Shown: one piece after another, positions 11,265 to 20,582 of the stretch
Layout: every line of letters begins with the position of its first letter
Numbering within the stretch: the first letter of the stretch is position 1
Source: an uncultured Gemmatimonadales bacterium
GTDB lineage: Bacteria; Gemmatimonadota; Gemmatimonadetes; Longimicrobiales; RSA9
Assembly: GCA_963816355.1 (NCBI GenBank)
Contig: CAWFKH010000002.1
Coordinates: 32,001-96,000 of the forward strand
Reading direction: 5' to 3'
Length of the DNA stretch: 64,000 nt
Notes under the pieces: model-generated
The model's database searches: none
The model's input: the letters and a program-made list of their open reading frames with translations, nothing else
Told to the model about the DNA's origin: nothing
Program-made: the position numbers and the translations under genes

Positions 11265-12056
11265 CTAGTGGGTCATCGCGTAGATGATGTAGTTGATGCC
11301 GAGCTTGTACGCCTCGTTCGAGAGGTCGATCGGCAGCAGCCCCTGGTCCGACCACTCCCAGTACTCGCTGACATCGTTGTTGTAGTTGACGATCGCCAGC
11401 AGCGCCTTCTTCGGGTCGTTGTCCCGGTAGATCCCGTAGAAGACCGGGCGGAAGCGCCGGTTGTACGGCGCGTCGAAGGCCAGCGTGTCGATGTCGAAGA
11501 ACGAGTGGAAGATCGGGTCCTCCGCCGTCAGCTCGATCAGCCGCGCCTGCGGCAGCACGCGCCCGATCTGCCGCTCGAAGTTCGTCCAGTCGCGGCCGCG
11601 GAAATCGTCGAAGATGACGAAGCCGCCCTTCAGCAGGTAATTGCGCATCCCCACGACCTCCGCGTCCGTCGGGTTCCAGTAGCCCGCCTCGCAGAAGTAG
11701 ACGATCGGAAACTCCGCCAGCCGCGGGTCGTCCGACGTGAAGATGTTGCTCGCGTCCAGCACCGGCTCGATCGACGTCAGCTCGCTCAGGATCTTCGCCA
11801 GGTGCCGCTCCGCGCGCGGATAGTCGTGCGCCCACTCCGGCAGCGCCCTGCCGTCCGGCTCGAACTGCAGCCGCGCCCCCGGGCCGAGCGTGTATTTGAT
11901 GCGGGCGAGCGTGTAGCGGCCGTCGTAGGCGACGTCGTCCCCCTGGTCCGCCTGGCGCGCGGCGGGGCGGCCGGTCCGGCCGAGCGGCCCGAGCGCGGCA
12001 AGCGAGCCGGCGCCGAGCGCGGCGAGGGCGAGGGCGGCGAGGGCGGAGCGGGTCAT
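11265..12056 (-). CDS. DUF4159 domain exported protein
   Basis: Signal peptide; WAHDYPRAERHL, YLLKGGFVIFDDF, PIFHSFFDI, NNDVSEYWE, AYKLGINYIIYAMTH. Confidence 0.9.
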   Translation of the reverse strand: MTRSALAALALAALGAGSLAALGPLGRTGRPAARQADQGDDVAYDGRYTLARIKYTLGPGARLQFEPDGRALPEWAHDYPRAERHLAKILSELTSIEPVLDASNIFTSDDPRLAEFPIVYFCEAGYWNPTDAEVVGMRNYLLKGGFVIFDDFRGRDWTNFERQIGRVLPQARLIELTAEDPIFHSFFDIDTLAFDAPYNRRFRPVFYGIYRDNDPKKALLAIVNYNNDVSEYWEWSDQGLLPIDLSNEAYKLGINYIIYAMTH

Positions 12057-14554
12057 GGAGCGCCTCCATCTCCGGCGTGGAGCCGCAGCAGCAGCGCCTG
12101 CGCCTTCTGAAAGTTCGGTGCGACCTCGAGCGCGTGGAGCACCTCGCGCCGCGCGGCGGCGGCATCGCCCGCCTGCAGCAGCGCGAGCGCGAGCTGGTAG
12201 AGCGCCTCGGCGCGGTCCACCGGCGCGAGCGCGACGACGGCGCGGCGCTCGCGTACGGCGCCACGGTGGTCGCCGTTCGCCGCGTCGAGCGCCGCGAGGC
12301 GCTCGTGCAGCGCGGGGTCGAAGGGCGAGATGAAGATCGCCTCGCGCAACGCCGCGGCGGCCCCGGCGTCGTCGCCCATCGCCTGCCGCAGGGAAGCGAG
12401 CTGGGTGCGGGCGAAGTAGTCCCGCTCGTCGAGGGAGTCGAGGCGCGCGAGCTCGCGCGCCGCGGCGGCGGTGTCGCCGCGCTGCAGAGCGACGCGCGCC
12501 AGGAGCGCGTAGGCGTTGCCGGGGCCGGCGTAGGCGGGGAAGATCGTCTTCGCGCGCCGCAGGTGCGTGGCGGCGTCGTCGAGCCGCCCCTGCTGCAGGA
12601 GTCGGGCGCCGGTCCGCAGCTCGGCCTCGAAGCCGTCGTCGCGGCCGAGCGAGGCGAGCGGCGTCGCGAAGCGGCGGCGGAGGAACGCGTCGAAGTCGCG
12701 GTCGAAGGCGGCGGGGTCGGTGCCGAGCACGTCGTGGAACACGTCCGCCTGGGAGTCGCCCTTCGCGAAGCTGTGGAGCATGGCGAGGATCGCGTCGAAG
12801 CCGTGCTCGTCCTCGATGCGCTGCACGACGAGCGACGCCTCGTAGTACGAATGCACCACCTGGCCCGGGTAGCTGGGTCGCACGAAGCCGTCGCCGAGGC
12901 GGCTCACGGGGAGGATGCGGCCCTCCTTCAGCGCCTGCAGGAAGCTCGGGTCCGGCGGGTGCCCCCAGCCGGGGCGCGCGCGCCGCTCCTCGCGCACCGC
13001 CAGCCCTTCCGTCAGCCACCGCGGCACGCGCTGGCCCGTGAGGCCGAGATGGAAGACGTGCGCGATCTCGTGCCAGAGCGTCGAGCCCCAGTTGAAGTCG
13101 CCGCGGTCGCGCGCCGACGGGGAGTCCATCGCGACGACGCGGCCAAACGTCACGCCGAGCGCGCCGAGCCCGACGAGGCCGGCCGTGCGCACGGAGAAGT
13201 CCGCGTGGCGCGGGAAGACCTCGACGCGCACGCCGGGCGGCGGCCGGTAGCCGTAGCGCGCCGCCAGCGAGTCGTACGCCTCCTCGGCCAGCGCGCCGAC
13301 GTAGGGCGCGAGCAGGTCCGCCTCGTCGCCGCGCAGCACCAGCTCGAAATGCTCCGTATTCACCGTGCGGTACTTCTCGAACGTGTCGAGCAGGTCGAGC
13401 GTGTTCTTGTACCACACGTTGTACGGATCGCGGCGGAACGCCGCCTCGAGACTGGCGCGCGCCGCCGCCACGTGGCCGAGCCGCAGCTCGTTGATGCCGA
13501 CGATCCCCCGCGCCCGCGCGGACGTCGAATCGAGCGCCAGCCCGCGCCGCGCCAGCGCCACCGCGCCCGCGTAGCGGTAGCCCTGCAGCGCCATCTCCGC
13601 GACGTCCGCGTAGAAGTCGGCGCAGCGCGGATCCAGCGCCAGCGCCCGCCGCTCGACCGCGCCGAAAGCGGCGTCGTCGCCGGCCAGGTAGGCGGCCGCG
13701 GCGAGCACCGCGAGCGCCGGCAGCGACGTCGAGTCGACCGCCAGCGCGCGCTCCGCCTCGTGCCGCGCGCCGTCCGCCTCGCCCCCGCCGAGCGCGAGCC
13801 GCGCGAGCAGCACGTGCGCCGGGACCAGGTTCGGGTTCGTCTCCAGCGCAGCCCGCGCGCTGTCCGCCGCCCCGGCCGCGCCGTCGAAGTCGAGGACGCG
13901 GGCGATGCCGAGCCGGGCGCGTGCGTTCGCCGGGTCCCTCACGAGCACCGCGCGGAACTCGTCGCGCGCGTCGGCGCTGTTGTACTTCTCGAGGAAGAGG
14001 TCGCCCGCGCGCAGCCGCGGCTCGAGCGCCTCCGGGTCCGCCGCGACCGCCTCGTCGTAGGCGCGCAGCGCGTCCTTGAACAGCGCCGGGTCTCGCGCGC
14101 CCAGCCGGCGCGCCGCGGTGCCGACCGCCGTGAGCTCCGCCGCGCCGAGAGGGCCGGCGTTGTACGCGGCGATCGCCCGTTCGTACTGCGACCGCGCCGC
14201 CGCCACCTCGCCGCGGCCCTCCAGCACCAACCCCAGCTCGACCGCCGCTACCACGCCCGCCGCCCCGCGCGCCCTCGCCGCTGCGCGCAGCACGCGCTCC
14301 GCCTCGGACCTCCGCCCGCGCAGCCGCAACACGTGGCCGAGCAGCGCACCCATCTCCGGCGACGTCGCAGCCGCCGGCCGCGCCGCGGCCTCCGCCTGCT
14401 CGTAGCGGCCGACGTCGATCAGCGCACGCACGCGCGCGGCGCCGCCCGCCCCGCCCGCCGCGTCGGGGCCCTGCCCGCACGCCGGCGCGACGACGAGCGC
14501 GAAACCGGCCGCGAAGGCCGCCACCCGCCGCGCCACCCGCCTCACGGGACGCAT
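12053..14554 (-). CDS. Exported TPR-repeat protein with gluzincin (peptidase MA-like) domain
   Basis: Signal/lipoprotein peptide (APAC), many TPR-like helices, TLWHEIAHVF...VPRWLTEGLA (HExxH plus downstream E). Confidence 0.88.
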   Translation of the reverse strand: MRPVRRVARRVAAFAAGFALVVAPACGQGPDAAGGAGGAARVRALIDVGRYEQAEAAARPAAATSPEMGALLGHVLRLRGRRSEAERVLRAAARARGAAGVVAAVELGLVLEGRGEVAAARSQYERAIAAYNAGPLGAAELTAVGTAARRLGARDPALFKDALRAYDEAVAADPEALEPRLRAGDLFLEKYNSADARDEFRAVLVRDPANARARLGIARVLDFDGAAGAADSARAALETNPNLVPAHVLLARLALGGGEADGARHEAERALAVDSTSLPALAVLAAAAYLAGDDAAFGAVERRALALDPRCADFYADVAEMALQGYRYAGAVALARRGLALDSTSARARGIVGINELRLGHVAAARASLEAAFRRDPYNVWYKNTLDLLDTFEKYRTVNTEHFELVLRGDEADLLAPYVGALAEEAYDSLAARYGYRPPPGVRVEVFPRHADFSVRTAGLVGLGALGVTFGRVVAMDSPSARDRGDFNWGSTLWHEIAHVFHLGLTGQRVPRWLTEGLAVREERRARPGWGHPPDPSFLQALKEGRILPVSRLGDGFVRPSYPGQVVHSYYEASLVVQRIEDEHGFDAILAMLHSFAKGDSQADVFHDVLGTDPAAFDRDFDAFLRRRFATPLASLGRDDGFEAELRTGARLLQQGRLDDAATHLRRAKTIFPAYAGPGNAYALLARVALQRGDTAAAARELARLDSLDERDYFARTQLASLRQAMGDDAGAAAALREAIFISPFDPALHERLAALDAANGDHRGAVRERRAVVALAPVDRAEALYQLALALLQAGDAAAARREVLHALEVAPNFQKAQALLLRLHAGDGGAP

Positions 14555-15576
14555 CACCGGCCACCTCCCGCCGCGCGCAGCGCCGCGTCGACGCGCGCGA
14601 GCTCCAGGAGCAGGCTCTCGAGCTGGCCCTCGTAGGCGATCGAGTCCATCCCCGCGCGGGCCGCCTTCAACGCATCGATCTTCGCCTCGAGCCCGCGCTT
14701 GCGCTCCTCCAGCGCCCGCACCTTCGGGTCCGCGGCGCCGCCCGGCGCCGCGGCCGCCGCGGCCGCCGCGGCCGGCGCGAGGAAGAACGTCGCGGCCGCT
14801 TTCGCGTCGGCGTCCTCGGGCTTCGGGTCGCCGCTGCCCTCGCCGTCGCCGTCGCCGTCCAGCAGTGCGTGCTCGCTCTGCAGCAGGCGCCGCCCGTCGT
14901 AGGCCCGCCCCACTTCGCGCCGCGCATAGAGGAACGCCTCCAGCAGCGAGACGCGGCCGTCCTTGTCGGTGTCCGCGCCATCGCCGGCGATGGCGTCCAC
15001 GAAGTAGCGGCCGAACCGCGTCGCGTTCGACTCGGCGCCGCTCCGCGTCGCCGTCACGACCAGGCGGCCCTCGCCCTTGAGCGCGGGCACGAAGCCGCCG
15101 CTGGCGCTCGCCGTGTTGACCACCGCGACGCGGCGCCCGGCCAAGCGGTCGAGCAGGGCGGCCAGGTCGGCCGCGGTGAGGTCCGGCCCGGGCAGGTTCA
15201 GACGCGGCTCGCCGCCTTGCGCGCTGCCGTGGCCGATGAAGAGTAGGAGGACCTCGTCGCCCGGCGCGGAGCGGCGCGCGAGCGCTTCGATCGCGCGCGT
15301 CACCGCCGCGCGCGTCGACCGGCCGGCGATCCGCCGCGGATCCCGCTCGGGCCGCTCCGCCAGGAACACGGCGTCCGCTTCGGCGAGGCCGTAGCGGCTG
15401 CGCGCCGCGTCGACCGCGCGCGCGCCCAGCGTGTAGAACGTGTCGGCGTACTCCGGCGTGCCCCCGATCCCGCTCACCACGAGGAGGTGCGTGCGCTGCG
15501 CGGCGGCGGGCGCCGCCGGGAGCGCGATCAGTAGCAGCGCCAGGGCCCATGTGGCCGGAGGCTGCCGCGGGCTCAC
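14554..15576 (-). CDS. Exported caspase/C13-like fold protein with EF-hand-like loops
   Basis: Signal peptide ending AAA-Q; LLVVSG, LFIGHGS, NTASASGGF, ADTDKDGRVSLLEAF, LLDGDGDG. Start uncertain (GTG 15576 or an upstream GTG). Confidence 0.8.
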   Translation of the reverse strand: MSPRQPPATWALALLLIALPAAPAAAQRTHLLVVSGIGGTPEYADTFYTLGARAVDAARSRYGLAEADAVFLAERPERDPRRIAGRSTRAAVTRAIEALARRSAPGDEVLLLFIGHGSAQGGEPRLNLPGPDLTAADLAALLDRLAGRRVAVVNTASASGGFVPALKGEGRLVVTATRSGAESNATRFGRYFVDAIAGDGADTDKDGRVSLLEAFLYARREVGRAYDGRRLLQSEHALLDGDGDGEGSGDPKPEDADAKAAATFFLAPAAAAAAAAAPGGAADPKVRALEERKRGLEAKIDALKAARAGMDSIAYEGQLESLLLELARVDAALRAAGGGR

Positions 15577-15641
15577 GGGCGCCGCCGCGCGGCCCCGGAA
15601 GCGTCGTCCCCCCGCGTGGCTCACGCGAGCCCCTGCGCTCC

Positions 15642-17918
15642 TCACGCGAGCCCCCGCGCGCGGCGCCACCCCCACTCCGCGCCGACGAGCCCGAGAAGCA
15701 GCAGGAAGACGATCGGCATGTCCCACAGGTCCCGGTGCTCGACGGCGGTCACGCCGCCGCCGGTGTAGCGCAGGTCCTCCGGCAGGGTCGACAGGCTGGC
15801 GGTGGTGTAGAAGCGGCCGCCGGTCTCGCGCGCAATGCGTCGCAGCAGCGGCTCGCGCATGCCGGCATCGAAGTACTCCGCCTCGCTGGGCGCCGCCTCG
15901 AACGCCGTCTCGCTGCTCCCCAGCGGCACGTCGCCGCGCCGCGCCTCGACGTCGACCGTGTACGATCCCGCTCGCGACGGGATGTACCGCGCGCGGTAGG
16001 CGCCGTCGCGGTCGACGTCCCAGTCGAGCGGCACGTCCTCGTCGCCGCCGGGCCCGTGCACGTGCGCCACCACATGGGCGTCGTCGAGGGCGAGGAACGC
16101 GGAATCGACGACGTCGGCTCGCAGCTCGAGCGCACGGCCCGGCTCGACGTGGTCGCGCGAGACGGAGGCGGCGACCTGGCCGGGCACGGCGTCGACGAGC
16201 CAGCGCAGGAGCTGGCGCCAGAACGTCTCGTGCGTCATGTCCTCGACCGGGATCGAGGCGTCCATCTGCCAGACCCACGAGTCCTGGATCGGGAAGGAGA
16301 CGGAGCGGCCGCGGCCGTAGCGCTGCCAGGCGAGCGCGACGACGCCGTCGCCGTGGCCATCCGGCTCGCCGGCGAGGAGTGTGGTGGCGCCGGGCTTGAC
16401 GCGCCGCATCGGGTTCGGCGTCGTGACCGCGGGGAGCGAGTCCCAGCGCGCCACAGACGCCGCCTCGTCCGCCGCGATCTGGGTGACGGCGTGGACGCGG
16501 CCGGCGCGCGTCGGCGCGACGTGCACGCGGACGAAGGAGTCCTGCGGCGCGCCGTCGCCGGGATCGAGCACGACCGGCAACGCCTCGGCGAGCGGCGTGC
16601 CGGCGTAGCCGCCGCGCGCGAAGGCGTGGCGCCCGCCGAGCGTGAGGAGGCCGCCCCCGCGCTCGCCCGCGAAGTCCGCGATCATGCGGAGCTGGTCGTG
16701 CGTGAAGAAGCTCGCCTCAACGCTGCCGAGCACGACGCCGTCGTAGGCGAACAGCTCCTCGCGCGTCTTCGGGAAGCCGCCCACCAGCTCGTCCGGGCCG
16801 TCGACGCCGAGGCGCAGAAACTTGCCCGGCGCGGTGCGCACGAGCGTGACGAGCTGCAGCTCCGCCTCGTCCTCCACCGCGCGCCGCAGGAACTTCAGCT
16901 CGAAGCGCGGCTCGCCCTCGAAGTAGAGGATCTTCCTGCGCTTCGACTCGACGCGGATCAGCGCTTCCTGTTCGTTGTTGCGCGTCACCGCCTCGCCGTC
17001 GCGCGCGGGGACGCGGAAGCGAACGTGGCGCACGCCCGGCTCGGCGAGCGTGAAACGCACCCGCACCGGCGTGCTCTCGCCGTCCGCCGGCAGCTCGATC
17101 TGCTGCTCCGCGACAATGTGGCCCTCGTCTTCGACGTAGAGCGGCGCCCGCTCGCCGCCGAAGCCCCGCTGCGTCACCACGAGGTCCACCACCAGCGACG
17201 TCCCCTGCAGCACCGACGGCGGCACGGCGACGCGGCTCAGCTCGACGTCGCGCGCGAGGCGGGGCCGGCCCACGCCGACCGCGTACACCGGCACGCCCGC
17301 CGAGCGCAGCGCGAGCAGCGGCTCCGTCAGCGACTCGCCCGAGTTGTCGGCGCCGTCGCTCACCACCACCAGCCCCGCCAGCGGCACACCCGCCAGCTCC
17401 TGCCGCGCCCGCCGCAGCGCCGGCCCGATCCGCGTCTGGGTGCCGTCGTACGCCAGCGAGTCGACGCCCGCCACGCGCTCGGCCGACGAGGAGAAGCGGA
17501 AGTAGCGCAGCCGGAAGCGCCGCCCCAGCGCCGCCGTCAGCGCGGCGTCGTCACCGAAGGCGGTCCGCACGGCGTCGCCGCGCGGCTTGCCGTCCTCGTC
17601 GGCGACGCGCATGCTGCGCGAATCGTCGACCAGAACGGCGAGGAAGTTCTGCTGCGGAAGGAGCGCGGAGACGGCGAGCGCCGGCCGCAGCAGCGCGAGT
17701 ACGAGGACGGCGAGCGCGGCGAGGCGGAGCGTGGCGAGCACGACGCGGTCGAGCGGCCGCGCGCGACGGCGCACGCCGCGATACGTCCACACCGCCCCGA
17801 TGGCGAGCAGCACCAGCGCCGTGAGCGCCCACGACCACGACGCCCCCAGAACGAGGTCGCCCCGCTGAAAGACGACGGGGCGATACTTGAAGAGGAAGGC
17901 GAAGAGCGAGTCGAACAC
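15642..17918 (-). CDS. Membrane protein with vWA and class I glutamine amidotransferase-like domains
   Basis: GTG 17918 with GGAGGA RBS; N-terminal TMs, MIDAS VDDSRSM, SDGADN, EGEPRFELKFLRRA, GGGLLTLGG, YGRGRS, C-terminal EWGWRRARGLA. Confidence 0.88.
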   Translation of the reverse strand: MFDSLFAFLFKYRPVVFQRGDLVLGASWSWALTALVLLAIGAVWTYRGVRRRARPLDRVVLATLRLAALAVLVLALLRPALAVSALLPQQNFLAVLVDDSRSMRVADEDGKPRGDAVRTAFGDDAALTAALGRRFRLRYFRFSSSAERVAGVDSLAYDGTQTRIGPALRRARQELAGVPLAGLVVVSDGADNSGESLTEPLLALRSAGVPVYAVGVGRPRLARDVELSRVAVPPSVLQGTSLVVDLVVTQRGFGGERAPLYVEDEGHIVAEQQIELPADGESTPVRVRFTLAEPGVRHVRFRVPARDGEAVTRNNEQEALIRVESKRRKILYFEGEPRFELKFLRRAVEDEAELQLVTLVRTAPGKFLRLGVDGPDELVGGFPKTREELFAYDGVVLGSVEASFFTHDQLRMIADFAGERGGGLLTLGGRHAFARGGYAGTPLAEALPVVLDPGDGAPQDSFVRVHVAPTRAGRVHAVTQIAADEAASVARWDSLPAVTTPNPMRRVKPGATTLLAGEPDGHGDGVVALAWQRYGRGRSVSFPIQDSWVWQMDASIPVEDMTHETFWRQLLRWLVDAVPGQVAASVSRDHVEPGRALELRADVVDSAFLALDDAHVVAHVHGPGGDEDVPLDWDVDRDGAYRARYIPSRAGSYTVDVEARRGDVPLGSSETAFEAAPSEAEYFDAGMREPLLRRIARETGGRFYTTASLSTLPEDLRYTGGGVTAVEHRDLWDMPIVFLLLLGLVGAEWGWRRARGLA

Positions 17919-18010
17919 GATCCTCCGGGGACAGGCCGATGGTCGCTTCACTGGGCCGGGGCGGCGTGGCGGGGCGCCGGCGGCCGCGTGTCATTCGGCG
18001 CTCGTCTGGA

Positions 18011-18037
18011 AAAACCCGAAGGGGGGGTGCTTGTTCC
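18011..18037 (-). promoter_or_regulatory. Putative ECF-sigma promoter for the MoxR operon
   Basis: Minus strand reads GGAAC-aagcacccccccttcgg(17 nt)-GTTTT, matching the GGAAC-N16/17-GTT ECF pattern about 95 bp upstream of the first gene. Confidence 0.45.
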
Positions 18038-18219
18038 AACGGACGGCGAAGCCGCGCGGAGAGTGGCCCGCGCCGCGCATGTCGCCGCGCCGGGCGCGCG
18101 GCTATTATGCGGCATGATCGAGCTACGGATGCTGCGGCTCGCCGGCGCCGGCATCGGCCTCGCCTCAGGCTCCGATCACGCGACCCTGAAGCGGATCCTC
18201 TCCCGCGACCTGAACTAGC

Positions 18220-19425
18220 GTGGGAAGGCACGGACGCGCGGCCGCGCTCGCCGCCCCGCTCCTCCTGCTGCTCGCGAGCGGCTGCCGTGCCGATGGCGCC
18301 GAAGGCGCGCCGGTGCGCGAGAGCGGCCGCTTCGCCCGGGCGGCGCCGGTGCGCGGGAGCGGCCGCGTCGCCGAAGCGGGGCCGCCCCCCGCGCGCGCCG
18401 ACTCCTCCTTCGCCGCGCTCGTCGCGCGGCTCTCCGAGCCGGGCGGCTACTTCGACACCGACAACCTGATCTCCAACGAGGCGTCCTACCTCCACGCGCT
18501 CGGCCCGCTCCGCGAGCGGGGAGTGCGCGGCGGCGCCTACATCGGCGTGGGGCCGGACCAGAACTTCTCCTACATCGCGCAGATCCGGCCCCGCGTCGCC
18601 TTCATCATCGACATCCGCCGCGGCAACCTGCTCGAGCTGCTCTGGTACAAGGCGCTCTTCGAGCTCGCGCGGGACCGCGCCGACTACCTCGCCCTGCTGT
18701 TCGGCCGGCCGCGGCCGGACTTCGCCGCCCCGGATGGAGCCGCCGGGCTCGCGCGGCTGCTCGACTACTTCGACGCGACGCCCGCCGATCCGGAGCGCAT
18801 GGCCGCGACGCGCGCGGCCGTACACGCGGCGCTCGCGCGCTACGGCGTGCCGCTCTCCGACGACGACGTCGCCATGATCGACCGCATCGCCTCCGCGTTC
18901 GTCGAGGCGGGACCGTCACTCCGCTTCACCAGCTACGGCCGCGCGCCGCGCTCCTACTACCCGACGTACCGCCAGCTCCTCCTCGAGCACGACCTGAGCG
19001 GCCGCGGCGGCAGCTACCTGGCCCGCGAGGAGGACTTCCGCTTCGTGAAGCGGCTGCAGACGGCCGACCGCATCGTGCCGGTCGTCGGCGACCTCGCCGG
19101 ACCGCACGCGCTGCGCGCCATCGGCCGCGCTATCGACGGCATGGGACTGCGCGTGAGCGCGTTCTACGTCTCCAATGTCGAGTTCTACCTCATGGGCGAT
19201 GGCACCTTCGACCGCTTCGCCGCCAACGTGCTGACCCTGCCGCTCGACAGCGGCGCCGTCCTCATCCGCAGCTACTTCCACCCGTTCCGGCGGCCGACGC
19301 CGGGCGCGGTGCCGGGCTACGCGAGCAGCCAGATCGTACAGGCCGCCGCGCGCTTCGTCGCCCGCGCCGAGGCGGGCGGCTACGCCGGCTACCGCGCCCT
19401 GCTGGCGGACACCGTCGGCGGCTGA
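18220..19425 (+). CDS. Conserved hypothetical lipoprotein, possibly SAM-dependent transferase-like fold
   Basis: LASGC lipobox; LSEPGGYFDTDNLISNE, AYIGVGPDQNFSYIA, FYVSNVEFYL; strong GC3 codon pattern. Confidence 0.8.
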   Translation: MGRHGRAAALAAPLLLLLASGCRADGAEGAPVRESGRFARAAPVRGSGRVAEAGPPPARADSSFAALVARLSEPGGYFDTDNLISNEASYLHALGPLRERGVRGGAYIGVGPDQNFSYIAQIRPRVAFIIDIRRGNLLELLWYKALFELARDRADYLALLFGRPRPDFAAPDGAAGLARLLDYFDATPADPERMAATRAAVHAALARYGVPLSDDDVAMIDRIASAFVEAGPSLRFTSYGRAPRSYYPTYRQLLLEHDLSGRGGSYLAREEDFRFVKRLQTADRIVPVVGDLAGPHALRAIGRAIDGMGLRVSAFYVSNVEFYLMGDGTFDRFAANVLTLPLDSGAVLIRSYFHPFRRPTPGAVPGYASSQIVQAAARFVARAEAGGYAGYRALLADTVGG

Positions 19426-19499
19426 GCGCCGCGCCGCGTGCGAGGCACGTCTTCGTCGCGGAGTTCGCGTCGGCGTAGTCGTGGGTCCGGGCCCCCTCC

Positions 19500-20399
19500 C
19501 TACGCGACTTCGACCAGCAGTGGCCGGTCCAGCTCTTCCAGGATCTCGTGCGTCACGCTGCCGAACAGCCGCCGCGCGATGGCGCCGCGCCGGGCCGTCG
19601 TCATCGCCAGCAGGTCGACGTCGAGCGTGCGCGCCTTGTCGAGGATCAGCTCCGCCGTCGCCTCCCCTTCCACGACGTGCCGTTCGACGCGCACTCCGCT
19701 CAGCTCCGGCCGGCCGGCGACCCCCGCCAGGTAGCGCTCCGCTTCCGCGGCGCTGCGCCAGGCCGGCGCGCCGCGGCGACCCGCTCCGGGCGACGTCGGG
19801 ACCACCGCCAGCAGGTGAACCGCCGCACCCTCCGCGAGCAGCGGCAGCGCCGCGTCCAGGATGCGTTCCGAACGCGGCGTCCCATCGAGCGGGACGAGCA
19901 GGCGCGTCACGCCCCGCAGCAGCGGACACGTTCCGGCTCGCAGCACCAGGACCGGCACGCCGACCGAGCGCAGGATCCCCTCCGACAGCTCGGCGAGGTT
20001 GCCGCCCGCGCAGTAACGCTGGCCCAGCCGCGCCACGAGCAGATCGGCGCCCATCTCGCGCGCGGCGCGTGGCACCTCGCCCGGCGCGACCGGCTCCGAC
20101 TGCCACCCCGCCGCCACCGACCACGCATCCTCGACCCGCTGCTCGAGCACCTGCAGCTTCGCGCGCGTGTCGGCGTCGCGCTGGCGCTCGACGGCGCCAT
20201 AGTGGTCGACGACGCCCTCGAGACGGTACGGCGTCACGGCTTCCAGATCCGGCGGGACCGCGTGCGACGAGCGAACGTTCAGCAGCGAGATCTCGGCGCC
20301 CGCCCGGCGCGCCAGCTCCCCCGCGCAATCCAGCGAACAATCCCGCGTCGGGGGGCTCTCCCGCGCGTCGTCGACGGCCACTACGATCCGCTTGATCAT
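19500..20399 (-). CDS. Universal stress protein (tandem Usp domains)
   Basis: IKRIVVAVD, ADLLV, VPVLVL; second domain LLVPLDG...DLLAMTT...LFGSVTHEIL...PLLV. GAGGAGG RBS. Confidence 0.92.
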   Translation of the reverse strand: MIKRIVVAVDDARESPPTRDCSLDCAGELARRAGAEISLLNVRSSHAVPPDLEAVTPYRLEGVVDHYGAVERQRDADTRAKLQVLEQRVEDAWSVAAGWQSEPVAPGEVPRAAREMGADLLVARLGQRYCAGGNLAELSEGILRSVGVPVLVLRAGTCPLLRGVTRLLVPLDGTPRSERILDAALPLLAEGAAVHLLAVVPTSPGAGRRGAPAWRSAAEAERYLAGVAGRPELSGVRVERHVVEGEATAELILDKARTLDVDLLAMTTARRGAIARRLFGSVTHEILEELDRPLLVEVA

Positions 20400-20472
20400 G
20401 CTCGCCTCCTCACTGTACGCGACGCGCGATCCGCGTCCGCTGTGGGCGCCACGCATACGTCCTCCCTTCCAG

Positions 20473-20540
20473 CCTACCGGGGCGCTGCGCCGCAGTCTGT
20501 AGGGGATCCTCCAGCCCTTTGTAGGCGAATGTCTGTAAGG
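20473..20540. promoter_or_regulatory. Repeated TGTAGG/TGTAAG boxes upstream of the Usp gene (possible response-regulator sites)
   Basis: TGTAGG at 20498 and 20520, TGTAAG at 20534, inverted CCTACC at 20473. Confidence 0.3.
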
Positions 20541-20582
20541 AGCTACCGTACGACGCGGGACCGGCGGAGCGGCTCGCGTGCC

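Noticed and set aside
15618..15660. Duplicated TCACGCGAGCCCC at the end of the GATase-vWA gene
   Set aside because: Short local duplication of the stop region; affects only start choice for the next gene.
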